Positions 48,681 to 58,230 of a stretch of 64,000 bases of DNA are shown here, in pieces. The notes beneath the pieces are model-generated. The model was not told the DNA's origin and ran no database searches. It saw only the letters and a list, made by a program, of their open reading frames with translations. Source of the stretch: Dehalococcoidia bacterium (GTDB taxonomy: Bacteria > Chloroflexota > Dehalococcoidia > Lucifugimonadales > JAGWBF01); NCBI GenBank assembly GCA_965261965.1, contig OZ253489.1, positions 1,538,969 through 1,602,968 on the forward strand, written 5' to 3'. Both the position numbers and the translations under genes were made by a program. How positions within the stretch are numbered: the first letter of the stretch is position 1; the number at the start of each line of letters is the position of its first letter.

Positions 48681-49508
48681 CTAGCCTAAAAGAGGGTCCA
48701 AATACTTCATGCTTTCAGTAAAGTTGTCGAAGGCATCCTCGCAGGGCGGTATTTCCAAAAGGGCGGCGCCTTCATACCCTTTGCTGCTGAGCATATCCAA
48801 CAGCTTGGGGTAATCCAGGTCCCCATCGTCCACCGTCGGGTGGGGCACCCCATCCACCATCTGTTTGAAGTGGACCATGCTAAGATAATCCAAGGGAAGG
48901 GCTTCGATTTCAGAGATCGGGTCGCTGCCGGGGTCGGCCCGAAGGCTGTTGATGGGGTCCACGCACAAACCCAGGTAAGCTGCATTCTCAGGAGCCAATG
49001 ATTCCCGCACCCGCTTGACCAAAATTCCCATGCTTCTGATGGGTTGGCCGGCATTTTCGATGAACAGCTGTATTCTCCGGCCTGCTGCCGTCTGAACGAG
49101 CTCCTTGACCCCCAATGCCGTTTCAGGAATATCTTCGGGCGCTTCCCAAGCGCTTTCGAACCTCGCCGGGTCGACCAACCTGAGGCTGGGCGCAGCCGAC
49201 CCTGCTATATCTTGGGCAACATCCAACGCCCTTTGAAACAACCCGGATTCAGGATCATGCGCTTTGGAAAGGCAAGGATACGCAATAGCCAGGTTGAAGG
49301 TCATCGAAGGGAACATTCTCATCAGCCTGCTCAGCTTTTCGGTTTCTGGCCGCCAATCCTCTTCGGCGCCATATTCATAGGCCCCAAGGCATGTCTGCCG
49401 CAACTCGATATGCCCAGCACCCCTTCTTCGCGCCCGTTCGACCAGCTGGGGTAAGCTGGTGGTAGCAAGCTGGTCACGCCAAGTATTGGTTATTGCTCCC
49501 AAGATCAT
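48681..49508 (-). CDS. Sugar phosphate isomerase/epimerase (TIM barrel)
   Basis: IELR, FIEN, CVDPIN, VHFKQ, DDGDLD, LLEI metal-ligand pattern. Confidence 0.8.
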   Translation of the reverse strand: MILGAITNTWRDQLATTSLPQLVERARRRGAGHIELRQTCLGAYEYGAEEDWRPETEKLSRLMRMFPSMTFNLAIAYPCLSKAHDPESGLFQRALDVAQDIAGSAAPSLRLVDPARFESAWEAPEDIPETALGVKELVQTAAGRRIQLFIENAGQPIRSMGILVKRVRESLAPENAAYLGLCVDPINSLRADPGSDPISEIEALPLDYLSMVHFKQMVDGVPHPTVDDGDLDYPKLLDMLSSKGYEGAALLEIPPCEDAFDNFTESMKYLDPLLG

Positions 49509-49529
49509 CTAGTGCCTCCGCCCTTCCAA

Positions 49530-49612
49530 ATAAGCAGGCCTCCCCGAATCCACAATACAAGAAGCCCGCCCCGAATCCACGATGCAAGAAGCCCGCTCCG
49601 AATCCACAATGC
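49530..49612. repeat. Three imperfect ~30-bp tandem repeats
   Basis: aag(a)agcccgccccgaatccac(a/g)at x3. Confidence 0.7.
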
Positions 49613-49671
49613 TCTATGATCAACTATACCATGGTATTAAACCACGCCCGCCCCCGTAAAATCCCGGCTGA

Positions 49672-50690
49672 GCCCGTCATTCCGAACCGCCGTGAGGAAT
49701 CTAAAATCCCCCTCCGATGGCCAGCCCATTCCTACGATGAGCCAGCCTGCATCTAGGCACCTTAGATTCTTCGTCGTGCGCTCCTCAGAATGACAGGGGA
49801 GGGGCGCTCCTCAGAATGACAGGGGAGGGGGCGCTCCTCAGGATGACAGAGGGGGCGCCCTCCTCAGAATGACAGAGGGGGCACCCTCCTCAGAATGACA
49901 GAGGGGGCGCTCCTCAGAATGACGGGGGAGTGTCATTCCGAACGCCCCCTCTGTCATTCCAAGCCCCCTCACTGTCATTCCGAACCGCAGTGAGGAATCT
50001 AAAATCTCCCTCCGATGGCCAGCCCATTACTACGACGACCCATCATGTGAGCAGGCACCGTAGATTCTTCAGAGTGCGCTCCTCAGAATGACAGGGGAGG
50101 TGGCGCTCCTCAGAATGACAGGGGGAGGAGGCCCTCGTCAGAATGACAGGGGAGGCGCGCGCCTCAGAATGACAGGGGCGGGTCATTCCGGACCTTCCCC
50201 ATCTGTCATTCCGAACCGCAGTGAGGAATCTAAAATCTCCCTCTGATGGCCAGCCCATTCCTAAAACGACCCATCATGTGAGCAGGCACCGTAGATTCTT
50301 CAGAGTGCGCGCCTCAGAATGACAGGGGAGGATCGCACTCCTCAGAATGACGGGGGAGGAGGGTCATTCCGAGTTCCCTCGCTGTCATTCCGAACGCCCC
50401 CTCACTGTCATTCCGAACCGCAGTGAGGAATCTAAAATCTCCCTCCGATGGCCAGCCCATTCCTACGACGACCCATCATGTGAGCAGGCATCTTAGATTC
50501 TTCGGCGTGCGCGCCTCAGAATGACAGGGGAGGAGGGGCACTCCTCAGAATGACAGGGGAGGAGGGGCACTCCTCAGAATGACAGGGGAGGGGGAGCTCC
50601 CCAGAATGACAGGGGAGGAGGGGCGCCTCCTCAGAATGACAGGGGAGGGTGGCGTTCCTCAGAATGACATGGGAGGGGTGCGCTCCTTAG
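49672..50690. repeat. ~1-kb REP-B/BIME-like array
   Basis: Four modules as at 43755-45745 plus runs of cctcagaatgacagggg. Confidence 0.9.
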
Positions 50691-50872
50691 AATGACAGGG
50701 GAGGGGTGCGCTCCTTAGCGTGGCAACAAAAAGGCGCCATCCGTGCATGGCGGGAAGGCGCGGCCCAAGGGTGCGGGGCTGGTTATTTAGTTTAGTGAAT
50801 CCTTCTGAATGGCCTCGATATGGCCTCGATGATTGCTGATCTCCGGAGATGCGCCGTGTCCGGCTGGTAACG

Positions 50873-50901
50873 TTGTCACCAAAAAGGTGGGATGTTATAA
50901 T
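50873..50901 (+). promoter_or_regulatory. Sigma70-type promoter TTGTCA-17-TATAAT with extended -10 TG
   Basis: Directly readable, 89 nt upstream of the ATG at 50991. Confidence 0.7.
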
Positions 50902-50990
50902 TTCGTGCGTTCCTTCTGATTGTCCGAAGGTGTTGTTGTCCCAGGCCAACACCGGTGAAAACCTCAACCCCACAGCAAGGAGTTTGATAC

Positions 50991-51854
50991 ATGACTACGA
51001 CCAATAAAAAAGCAAGCACGAGGGTGCGGGAAGCATTCTTCCGCAAGGGCAAGCCCATATTTGGCATCAGCGCTCCAACCCCCTTCGGAGCCAAGCTTCT
51101 GGAGCGGGCCGGTTTTGAATACCTGTTCATTGGCGGCGATGCAACCATGGCTCCGATGCTCGATATTCAGGGCACCGGGGAGATCGATATGACCACATCG
51201 ATCATGCTGGGCAGGACCTTTGCCGAGGCTGTCGACATTCCCATCGTGATGGATGTGGATGTGGGTTTCGGCGGCCCAACCCAGGTGGCCAAGATAGTGA
51301 GAGAGTACATCAGGGTGGGAGTGGCAGGCATTCGAATCGAAGATGGAATAGTCAGGTACCTGCGGGACAAGGTCCAAGGTGGCGTCCATGATGAAGTGAC
51401 CTCCGCAGAAGAGATGGTCCTCAAGGTGGAAGCAGCATCGGACGCCCGCAATGAGCTTGATCCCGATTTTCTGATCATCGCCCGCAGCGATTGCCATTTT
51501 GCCGAAGGGTACCGCGGGGTTGAAGAGGTTATCGAGCGCGCCCGAGCTTACAACAAAGCCGGGGCGGATGTGCTGTTCACCACCAGCGCCCGGGGAGATG
51601 ATCCCAAGGGGCACATCAGGACCGTGGTGCAGGGGGTTGCACCCATGCCCGTGAGCGTCCCAGGCAATGGAATGGATGTTGATGAAGGTGCGGAACTGGG
51701 AGTAGCGGAGATACGCTATCCCTACGAACTGCTCCGGGCCATGCACTCCGCAGGCTGGGACCACATCGTGGATATCAAGAACCGGGGTGTGCAAGCCATC
51801 AACGAGTGGCGGGAGAAGAACAAAGACAACCCCTATCGAGCCGCCCAAGTTTAG
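50991..51854 (+). CDS. Isocitrate lyase/PEP mutase superfamily protein (divergent)
   Basis: AGFEYLF, MDVDVGFGG, IED, IIARSD, AGAD; the KRCGH loop is absent. Confidence 0.85.
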   Translation: MTTTNKKASTRVREAFFRKGKPIFGISAPTPFGAKLLERAGFEYLFIGGDATMAPMLDIQGTGEIDMTTSIMLGRTFAEAVDIPIVMDVDVGFGGPTQVAKIVREYIRVGVAGIRIEDGIVRYLRDKVQGGVHDEVTSAEEMVLKVEAASDARNELDPDFLIIARSDCHFAEGYRGVEEVIERARAYNKAGADVLFTTSARGDDPKGHIRTVVQGVAPMPVSVPGNGMDVDEGAELGVAEIRYPYELLRAMHSAGWDHIVDIKNRGVQAINEWREKNKDNPYRAAQV

Positions 51855-51867
51855 CTGCTAAGCTCCG

Positions 51868-52095
51868 CCCTTGAGCCGGTAGGCCCGCCGTCCTTAAGCC
51901 GATAGGCTAGCCGCCATTGAGCCTGTAGCTGGCAGCCCTTGAGCCCTGAGGCAGGCCGCCCTTGAGCCCGGAGGCGGGCCGCCATTGAGCCCGGAGGCGG
52001 GCCGACCTTGAGCCGGGAGCCTGGCCGACCTTGGCCGGTAGGTTGGCCGACCTTGAGCCGGTAGGCTGGCCGCCCCTGAGTTGGGAGGCGGGCAA
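51868..52095. repeat. About ten degenerate 21-24-bp units (repeat C)
   Basis: ccttgagcc(c)gg(t/a)aggc-type units in a convergent intergenic region. Confidence 0.75.
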
Positions 52096-52154
52096 CGGGC
52101 CGCCTTGTCTGTCGCACTACAGAAGCAGACCGTCACCGTAGTTGCGCGCGGCCC

Positions 52155-53096
52155 TCAGGTCCTGCCGGTAAAGCAGCTTCGAAGAGCTTCTTCTGAGGTG
52201 TAGGAGCACCTGAACCCTGTGCAGTCCAGCAGCTTCTGGGTGCTCAGCACAATGGGGTGCCGGATGTATTCCAAGCCCACCGCCGGCGAATCCTTCTGTA
52301 TGCCCAAGTTCCATGCCAACTGCACCAAGGGATATGCCAAGCTCACCGGCATCGGCACAATCCGGCATGAAGCCAAGCGGGCGGCACGGGAATATGGGAT
52401 GGTCCCATCGCCAGCCACGTTGAATATGCCCGCAACTTGGTCCGTCACCAAGGAACGTAGCAGTTCCGACAGATCATCTTCATGAACGTACTGAAGGGGC
52501 GGATCATACCCCCACAGACGTAGGAGCAAGGGCTTGAACATGGCCCGGGTCACATAATTATCTGCACTGGGCCCCAGCGCCACACAGGAGCGCAGGATGG
52601 TGACCTTGGCATCCGGGTTTTCTTGGGCATAGCTCAGCACCTGCTCTTCGCAGGCAGCTTTATCGACCGCATATTGAAATCCTGGGAGAGGATCGACAGG
52701 TGAATCTTCGGTAATTGGCGCCGGATTGTGCGCGTGTGCTCCGTAAACGGTGTGACTGCTCAGGAAGATCAGATTGGGTGCGTTGGCTCGCTCACATGCC
52801 CTGAGGACAGCTTCGGTGGATGCTTGGTTAGCTTGGCTGACCATCCTCGCGGCACTCCGGCCCCAGCCTGGCCGGAGGTGAAAAGCCAGGTGCACCACGG
52901 TGCTTGCTTGGTGGTCTGCGAAGATGCGGGCGGGCAGATGAGCGATGTCCACCTGGTAAGCGGTCACCTTGGAGAAGGTCCGGCCCAAAGGCTGGGTGTC
53001 CAAGGCAAGAATATGGTCAATATTCTCCGCATCGCCAAGGGTCTGGAGCAGCTTCTTCCCCACGTATCCTGACGCACCTGTGATTGCTACAACCAA
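52155..53096 (-). CDS. NAD-dependent epimerase/dehydratase (extended SDR)
   Basis: ITGASGYVG, VHLAF, SSHTVYG, YAVDK. Confidence 0.9.
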   Translation of the reverse strand: MVVAITGASGYVGKKLLQTLGDAENIDHILALDTQPLGRTFSKVTAYQVDIAHLPARIFADHQASTVVHLAFHLRPGWGRSAARMVSQANQASTEAVLRACERANAPNLIFLSSHTVYGAHAHNPAPITEDSPVDPLPGFQYAVDKAACEEQVLSYAQENPDAKVTILRSCVALGPSADNYVTRAMFKPLLLRLWGYDPPLQYVHEDDLSELLRSLVTDQVAGIFNVAGDGTIPYSRAARLASCRIVPMPVSLAYPLVQLAWNLGIQKDSPAVGLEYIRHPIVLSTQKLLDCTGFRCSYTSEEALRSCFTGRT

Positions 53097-53103
53097 GGGC
53101 GGT

Positions 53104-53490
53104 TCACGTGCCAGCTAGAACATCGGTGAATTCAAACTGAACATCGCCCAAACCTGCAACCTCCAAATTCAGGCCGATGGTGTGGGCTCCGTCCGCAAGA
53201 TGCTCTCCACCGACGACAATCGTGGTGGTCTTGTTAAGATCTATGGTGAACGGCAGCTCCTCCGACACTTGGTCGAAAGAATACCAAGAACCATCCAAGG
53301 AGAAGGAACAGCGTTCCAAGGGCACCTCATGCCCGTCCAAAGATAGGGGCATCAGCCTGCGCGCATATCCTGAACCCAAGCGGTTGACAAGCTGAAACTG
53401 AAAGCCGCCGTCGGCATTGGCCAAGCTGCCCATGACATATAATCGACGAAGCAAAAACCCTGGGACCTTTACCATGATACATCCTCTCAT
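53104..53490 (-). CDS. Conserved hypothetical beta-rich protein
   Basis: VPGFLLRRLYVMGSL...GLG..F.FTD pattern; tightly packed in the operon. Confidence 0.7.
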   Translation of the reverse strand: MRGCIMVKVPGFLLRRLYVMGSLANADGGFQFQLVNRLGSGYARRLMPLSLDGHEVPLERCSFSLDGSWYSFDQVSEELPFTIDLNKTTTIVVGGEHLADGAHTIGLNLEVAGLGDVQFEFTDVLAGT

Positions 53491-53524
53491 CCTGCACCGG
53501 TCTGATGGTGATTTTCCGTGATAA

Positions 53525-54205
53525 TCAGGTCTGGGTAGCTGGCGGGACCTTCGGCGAAGCTCTGCGTTTCATCAGGAAGAGTTCTCGTTCAATATCCACA
53601 TACTCTTGGGCTACTGGGAAAGCCTTTCCGAGCAGGCTGGAAAATACAAATACCTGGGCTACCTTCTCTGCCAGTTGGCAAATGTCGAAAGCTTCCCATG
53701 GTGTGCGCCCGACTCCCACCAACCCGTGGTTGCGGAGAAGGACGGCATTCCCATCGCCCATGCCATGCACTGCTTGGCGACCCAGTTCTTCGGTCGATGG
53801 GAACCCATATTCGGCCACCGGGATGCTGCCGCCGACCTTGTAGACCATCTCATCCACCAGCGGAGGTATCTCCAGACCCGATACAGCTGCAACCATAGCA
53901 TAGGTGGAATGGGTATGGATGACGGAACCCACATCTGGGCGGGCATGATAAAGAGCAAGGTGAAGGGCTGTCTCAGAAGATGGGATGGCATCGTCTTCCA
54001 CCGGCTCACCATCCATATCAATGATGAGAAGGTCCTCAGGTCCCATTTCTCGATATGGTTTCCCCGCAGGAGTTATGAGCAGCGTACCGGAGCCTTGGCC
54101 CAAGCGCATACTGGCATTGCCGCTTGAGCCGGCAATCATACCTTCCTTCACCAGCTCTGCAATCACATCCCATAACAGCTTCCGTTCTGTAGTCCAGGTT
54201 ACCAA
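53525..54205 (-). CDS. Class II aldolase/adducin family protein (FucA-like)
   Basis: GSSGNAS, ITPAG, PSSETALH, IHTHS, LRNHG. Confidence 0.9.
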   Translation of the reverse strand: MVTWTTERKLLWDVIAELVKEGMIAGSSGNASMRLGQGSGTLLITPAGKPYREMGPEDLLIIDMDGEPVEDDAIPSSETALHLALYHARPDVGSVIHTHSTYAMVAAVSGLEIPPLVDEMVYKVGGSIPVAEYGFPSTEELGRQAVHGMGDGNAVLLRNHGLVGVGRTPWEAFDICQLAEKVAQVFVFSSLLGKAFPVAQEYVDIERELFLMKRRASPKVPPATQT

Positions 54206-54247
54206 GGAGCCTCCCGCCCGCTGTTCGTCTTAGTTATAAGAACGCGC

Positions 54248-55741
54248 CTACTCCCAATCCAATCGACTGTACACGTCAACCCATTCTTGGTAGCGGCTTT
54301 CGTATTGGACCACAGCCCTGGGTGAACTGGGAAGAACATCATCATGGTCCTTCGCCGCAAGATGCATCAGGTCGCCAACGGAAGCTGCGCCATCAAGAAG
54401 GATGGAACGAAAAGCGGCCCCCCGGGTGCTCACCTGGGGTATTTTACAACGTTTTACGGGAATGCCCAGCACATCTGCAAGTATGCCGGCCAAGGTCCCG
54501 CTCCTAGCCATCCCCCCGCCTATGTAAATGTGGTCGGTGACGTGTCCGGCAACCTCATCCAAGGCAACCAGATTTGCTTTGATGCTGAAGGCTATGTTTT
54601 CCAATGCAGACCTGATCAAGCTGCCCACAGAGGGTCGCTGAAAGCTGAATGGGGTTGGGAACATGAGTCCTCCCCTACGAAGGCCAGCTCGAAAGGAGCT
54701 CTCTGGGCCGGGCCCCAGGTGGGCGATGATTCCCGTATTATCCATCGGAGCAGCAGCAGCCAGTTCATCAGCTCGGCTTATTGGAGATTCGGCGCCAAGC
54801 AGCAAGTCCTTGAGCCACGAGTAGACGGTGCCGACCTCTCCAAGGTTGCTTTCAGCTTCCCAACGGCCTTCCAAGGGGTAACAGCCAGCCCATGTGGCTC
54901 TTTCTGGATGGTAGCATGGCTGCGATGTGATAGCTTGAATCGCACCGCTCCAACCAAGGAGAGCTCCGACTTGGCCGGGTTCGGTCAATCCCATGCCCAA
55001 GAGTCCGCATTGAGTATCCGGGCCGGCCAGACGGACCTCGGCGCCCTTTTCCAAGCCCCACGCCTCAGCCATCTCGCCGGTGAGATAACCCCGAGGAGGC
55101 CCCACCTCCGGGATGGGAGCCAACAGTGAACCGGAAAACCCCAGGTTGTTCAGCAGGTCCATACACCGGCGACCTTTGCTTATATCCAGCAGGCCCGCCT
55201 CCCCCTCCATGCACATCTCGGCAGCCCTGAAGCCCGTCATGCGGAACATCAGCCAGCCAGCGACGGTAAGGACCGTGCTTATACGTTCAAAAGTGCGAGG
55301 ACGGTTGATCTGAAACCAACGGACCCGGGCGGGTGCAAACATGAGGGATGGAAAGTGGCCCGTGGTGCGATACACATCATCGCCCCATCGTTCATCAATG
55401 GTCGCACCCTCGAATATTGCCCTTAGATCGATGTTTGGGCTACAGCAGAGCTCGTTACCCGGCTCGTCCAACAACACCAGACCCTGACGTTGACTGGTTA
55501 TGGCTATGGAGGCGATATCCCCTGGTTTTACACCGGTTTCCAGCAGAACCTGGCCGACCAAGTCGCCCACGGTTGCCAGCACATGCCCAGGATCGAACTC
55601 CCGGACCAGTTCGGAGCAATCTTCCGGTGTGTGGTAGCGCATGGGTGCAGCCGCAGCGCCTTCCAGGGAGCCTTGGGAGTTGGTAAGCAGGCAATGAATG
55701 GCGCTGGTGCCCACATCCAAAGCGAGGATATAGCTACCCAA
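54248..55741 (-). CDS. FGGY-family carbohydrate kinase
   Basis: LDVGTS, ITSQRQG, GPDTQCG, ALENIA, IGGGMARS. Confidence 0.9.
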   Translation of the reverse strand: MGSYILALDVGTSAIHCLLTNSQGSLEGAAAAPMRYHTPEDCSELVREFDPGHVLATVGDLVGQVLLETGVKPGDIASIAITSQRQGLVLLDEPGNELCCSPNIDLRAIFEGATIDERWGDDVYRTTGHFPSLMFAPARVRWFQINRPRTFERISTVLTVAGWLMFRMTGFRAAEMCMEGEAGLLDISKGRRCMDLLNNLGFSGSLLAPIPEVGPPRGYLTGEMAEAWGLEKGAEVRLAGPDTQCGLLGMGLTEPGQVGALLGWSGAIQAITSQPCYHPERATWAGCYPLEGRWEAESNLGEVGTVYSWLKDLLLGAESPISRADELAAAAPMDNTGIIAHLGPGPESSFRAGLRRGGLMFPTPFSFQRPSVGSLIRSALENIAFSIKANLVALDEVAGHVTDHIYIGGGMARSGTLAGILADVLGIPVKRCKIPQVSTRGAAFRSILLDGAASVGDLMHLAAKDHDDVLPSSPRAVVQYESRYQEWVDVYSRLDWE

Positions 55742-56735
55742 GCTTCCTCCAAACCGACTTATTGACCAGGCGCCTGGGCTTAAGCTTACGAAGGTAGCGC
55801 TGGATATCTTCGACCATCATCGTGGATTGGCGCTCGATGGTTTCGGCGGTAGCCCCGCCGATATGAGGTGTCAGCAATGCTTCCTTCATGTTCAACAGAG
55901 GACTGTTGGGCGGGATGGGATGGGTGCGATGAACATCCATAGCAACCCCGGCCACGCAGCCGGACCGGATTGCACTCACAAGGGCAGCTTCGTCGATTGC
56001 CCAATAAGATGCTGTGTTGATGATGTACACCCCATCCTTGAGATGGCCCATATTTTCGCCGTTCAACAAACCTTGGGTTTCAGCAGTGTCCGGGGTATGG
56101 ACCGATAGATAGTCCGAGGTTTCCAGAAGGCCTGTCAGGGTCTCTAAAGGGACTCCGCCGATCTTGGTGCCCAAGGGTCCCGCGTAGGGATCGTAGCCTA
56201 TGACCTTCATGCCAAAACCCTTGGCAAGCTTCGCCACGGATCGTCCGATGGTTCCCATACCCAGTACACCCAAAGTTTTGTTCCTGAGCTCCGTTCCACG
56301 CATGTTGATATAGGGTTCAACAGGGTCTTCCCATCTTCCATCAGACACATATGCTGCCAACGCCGGGACCTGCCGAGCCAAGCACAGCATCAGACCTATG
56401 GTCAGCTCAGCAACGGCATTGGCGTTTCGGACGGGTGTGTTCACCACCTGCACACCATGTTCGGTGGCTGCATCCACATCGATATGCCCCACGCTACCAC
56501 GGCATACGCCCAGGTACTCCAAGGAAGGAGCTCCGGAAAACACCTCTTCAAACACATAGTCGGCTTCTACAACAAGAATGCTCAGGCACTCATCATTGAT
56601 CCTGTGTATAAGTTCATCAGGAGATAACAGAACACCGGTGCGCATCCAGCTTTCGTAGGTGACGGCGACCTGTTTTCTCAGGATATCCAGGGCCTCTTCG
56701 GAGAAGGGCGCCAAGATGAGCGCCGACTTATCCAG
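55734..56735 (-). CDS. D-2-hydroxyacid dehydrogenase (SerA-like)
   Basis: NANAVAELT, VLGMGTIG, YIINTAS, MDVH, TPHIGG. Probable CTG start at 56735 (ORF track TTG 56714). Confidence 0.85.
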   Translation of the reverse strand: MDKSALILAPFSEEALDILRKQVAVTYESWMRTGVLLSPDELIHRINDECLSILVVEADYVFEEVFSGAPSLEYLGVCRGSVGHIDVDAATEHGVQVVNTPVRNANAVAELTIGLMLCLARQVPALAAYVSDGRWEDPVEPYINMRGTELRNKTLGVLGMGTIGRSVAKLAKGFGMKVIGYDPYAGPLGTKIGGVPLETLTGLLETSDYLSVHTPDTAETQGLLNGENMGHLKDGVYIINTASYWAIDEAALVSAIRSGCVAGVAMDVHRTHPIPPNSPLLNMKEALLTPHIGGATAETIERQSTMMVEDIQRYLRKLKPRRLVNKSVWRKLG

Positions 56736-58230
56736 CCTGCACCTCCGAACTGACCGCTGCCGCCGCCGCCGCGCCGCTCCGCACCGCCCCTTCCATGGTG
56801 GAAGGCCAACCGGTGTTTGTCCAGTCGCCAGCTAAAAACAGGTTTTTGACAGGTGTGCGGGCTGGTGGCCGCAGTTCCGCCGAACCCGGTGTGCAACGAA
56901 AGGTCGCCGGAGATTTGATCACCAAGGTGTCTCTGATACGCGCATGGGCAGCATCGGGGAAAGCTGCTTTCATCTCATTCAGGACGATCTCCCGAATGGC
57001 AGCCTTGGGCAAATCAACATAGTCCCATGCCCCGCTTATCGAAACGCAGATGTACTGCCCCGGATCATCGGTACGGTCCACACCGAGCATCCTGCTCTTG
57101 TCAAACACCCACTGCAGGGGGCTATCCACAAAAGCTACAAAAGGATCATCCTTGGTGTTCATCACCGGACGATCATACCAGATGTGAACATTCACGATTG
57201 GGCCAACAACCATCTCTTTTGTGCCTTTGAAAAAGGGCGTGTCAGCCAGGTTGGGAGGAAGAACTGCTGCCAAATCGCCAAATGGCAGGGCGGATATGTA
57301 AGCATCACCGTGAACCATTTCCCTTCCCGCCAGCTCCACACCCGTCACATTCTTGCTTGGACCGTCGTCATCATCTTCGAAGATGATTCGGGTGATTTGC
57401 TTGCCCATTAGAAGATTGCCGCCTTGAGCCAAAATACGGTCTTGGGCCGGTTTACCCATGAGCTCTGAAAGCCCGACCTTCGAGTATCCGATATTGGCGC
57501 TATCGTAGCGTTTCAGCACCCCTTCTTGATACACCATCAGCGCCATGGCAGCGCTGACGTTTCTGGAATCATCATTCAATGTGGGCAGGATGATGAGGTC
57601 CCAGAAGGCATTGATAGATTCATCGGACTGACCGCGGGCCTTTAGCCAATTATAGAAGCTCTGCTGTTCCAATTGCCAACGATTTCGGCGGGCAAAGGCG
57701 ACGCATAGCAGTCCGAAGGTCACCCTCAGCTTATCCACCATTCCGAGATGGGAATACATTAGGAAGGACGGCAAGATGTGGAAGGGCGCCGGAAGAAAGG
57801 GAGCAGCAGACAAAGCGCCCACTTTGAGGGGTCTGTCCGGCCCGCCCCCCTTTCGTATTTCCACGTGGAATTTCTCTTGCATATAGGTGTCTGAGTAAGT
57901 GCCCAGCTTTCGGAGCAAGTCTATGTAGTAGGTGCAACAACCCAAGAAAATGTGCTGTCCATTGTCCACCTGACAAGAATAAGCTGCGCGTCGGGAAGCT
58001 GCTGTGCTGTCGGAATGAAGCTCGGAATGTGCCAAGCTTTCATGAAGGCCGGCGCCATCCTTGCCAAGAGGATGATGGTCGAAGGAGAAGGTCCTTCCCC
58101 CCAGGTAGGGTCTCTTTTCGACCAAGGTCACACGATACTCATCTTCCAGTAGTCGGCAAGCTGAAGATATGCCAGCCAAGCCGCCGCCCAAGATAATCAC
58201 ATGGGGGTTTTCAGGTTGGCGGGGGATCAT
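56728..58230 (-). CDS. hpnE: Hydroxysqualene dehydroxylase (FAD)
   Basis: GGGLAG, LGGRTFS, VDNGQHIFLGC, LAGDWT, TMEGAVRSG; adjacent to hpnC/hpnD. Confidence 0.9.
   Translation of the reverse strand: MIPRQPENPHVIILGGGLAGISSACRLLEDEYRVTLVEKRPYLGGRTFSFDHHPLGKDGAGLHESLAHSELHSDSTAASRRAAYSCQVDNGQHIFLGCCTYYIDLLRKLGTYSDTYMQEKFHVEIRKGGGPDRPLKVGALSAAPFLPAPFHILPSFLMYSHLGMVDKLRVTFGLLCVAFARRNRWQLEQQSFYNWLKARGQSDESINAFWDLIILPTLNDDSRNVSAAMALMVYQEGVLKRYDSANIGYSKVGLSELMGKPAQDRILAQGGNLLMGKQITRIIFEDDDDGPSKNVTGVELAGREMVHGDAYISALPFGDLAAVLPPNLADTPFFKGTKEMVVGPIVNVHIWYDRPVMNTKDDPFVAFVDSPLQWVFDKSRMLGVDRTDDPGQYICVSISGAWDYVDLPKAAIREIVLNEMKAAFPDAAHARIRDTLVIKSPATFRCTPGSAELRPPARTPVKNLFLAGDWTNTGWPSTMEGAVRSGAAAAAAVSSEVQAG

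Noticed and set aside
43755-50690. CRISPR array interpretation of the REP-B arrays, 212-bp and 71-bp repeats
   Set aside because: Spacers are near-identical or absent, units alternate orientation, and no cas genes are in the window.
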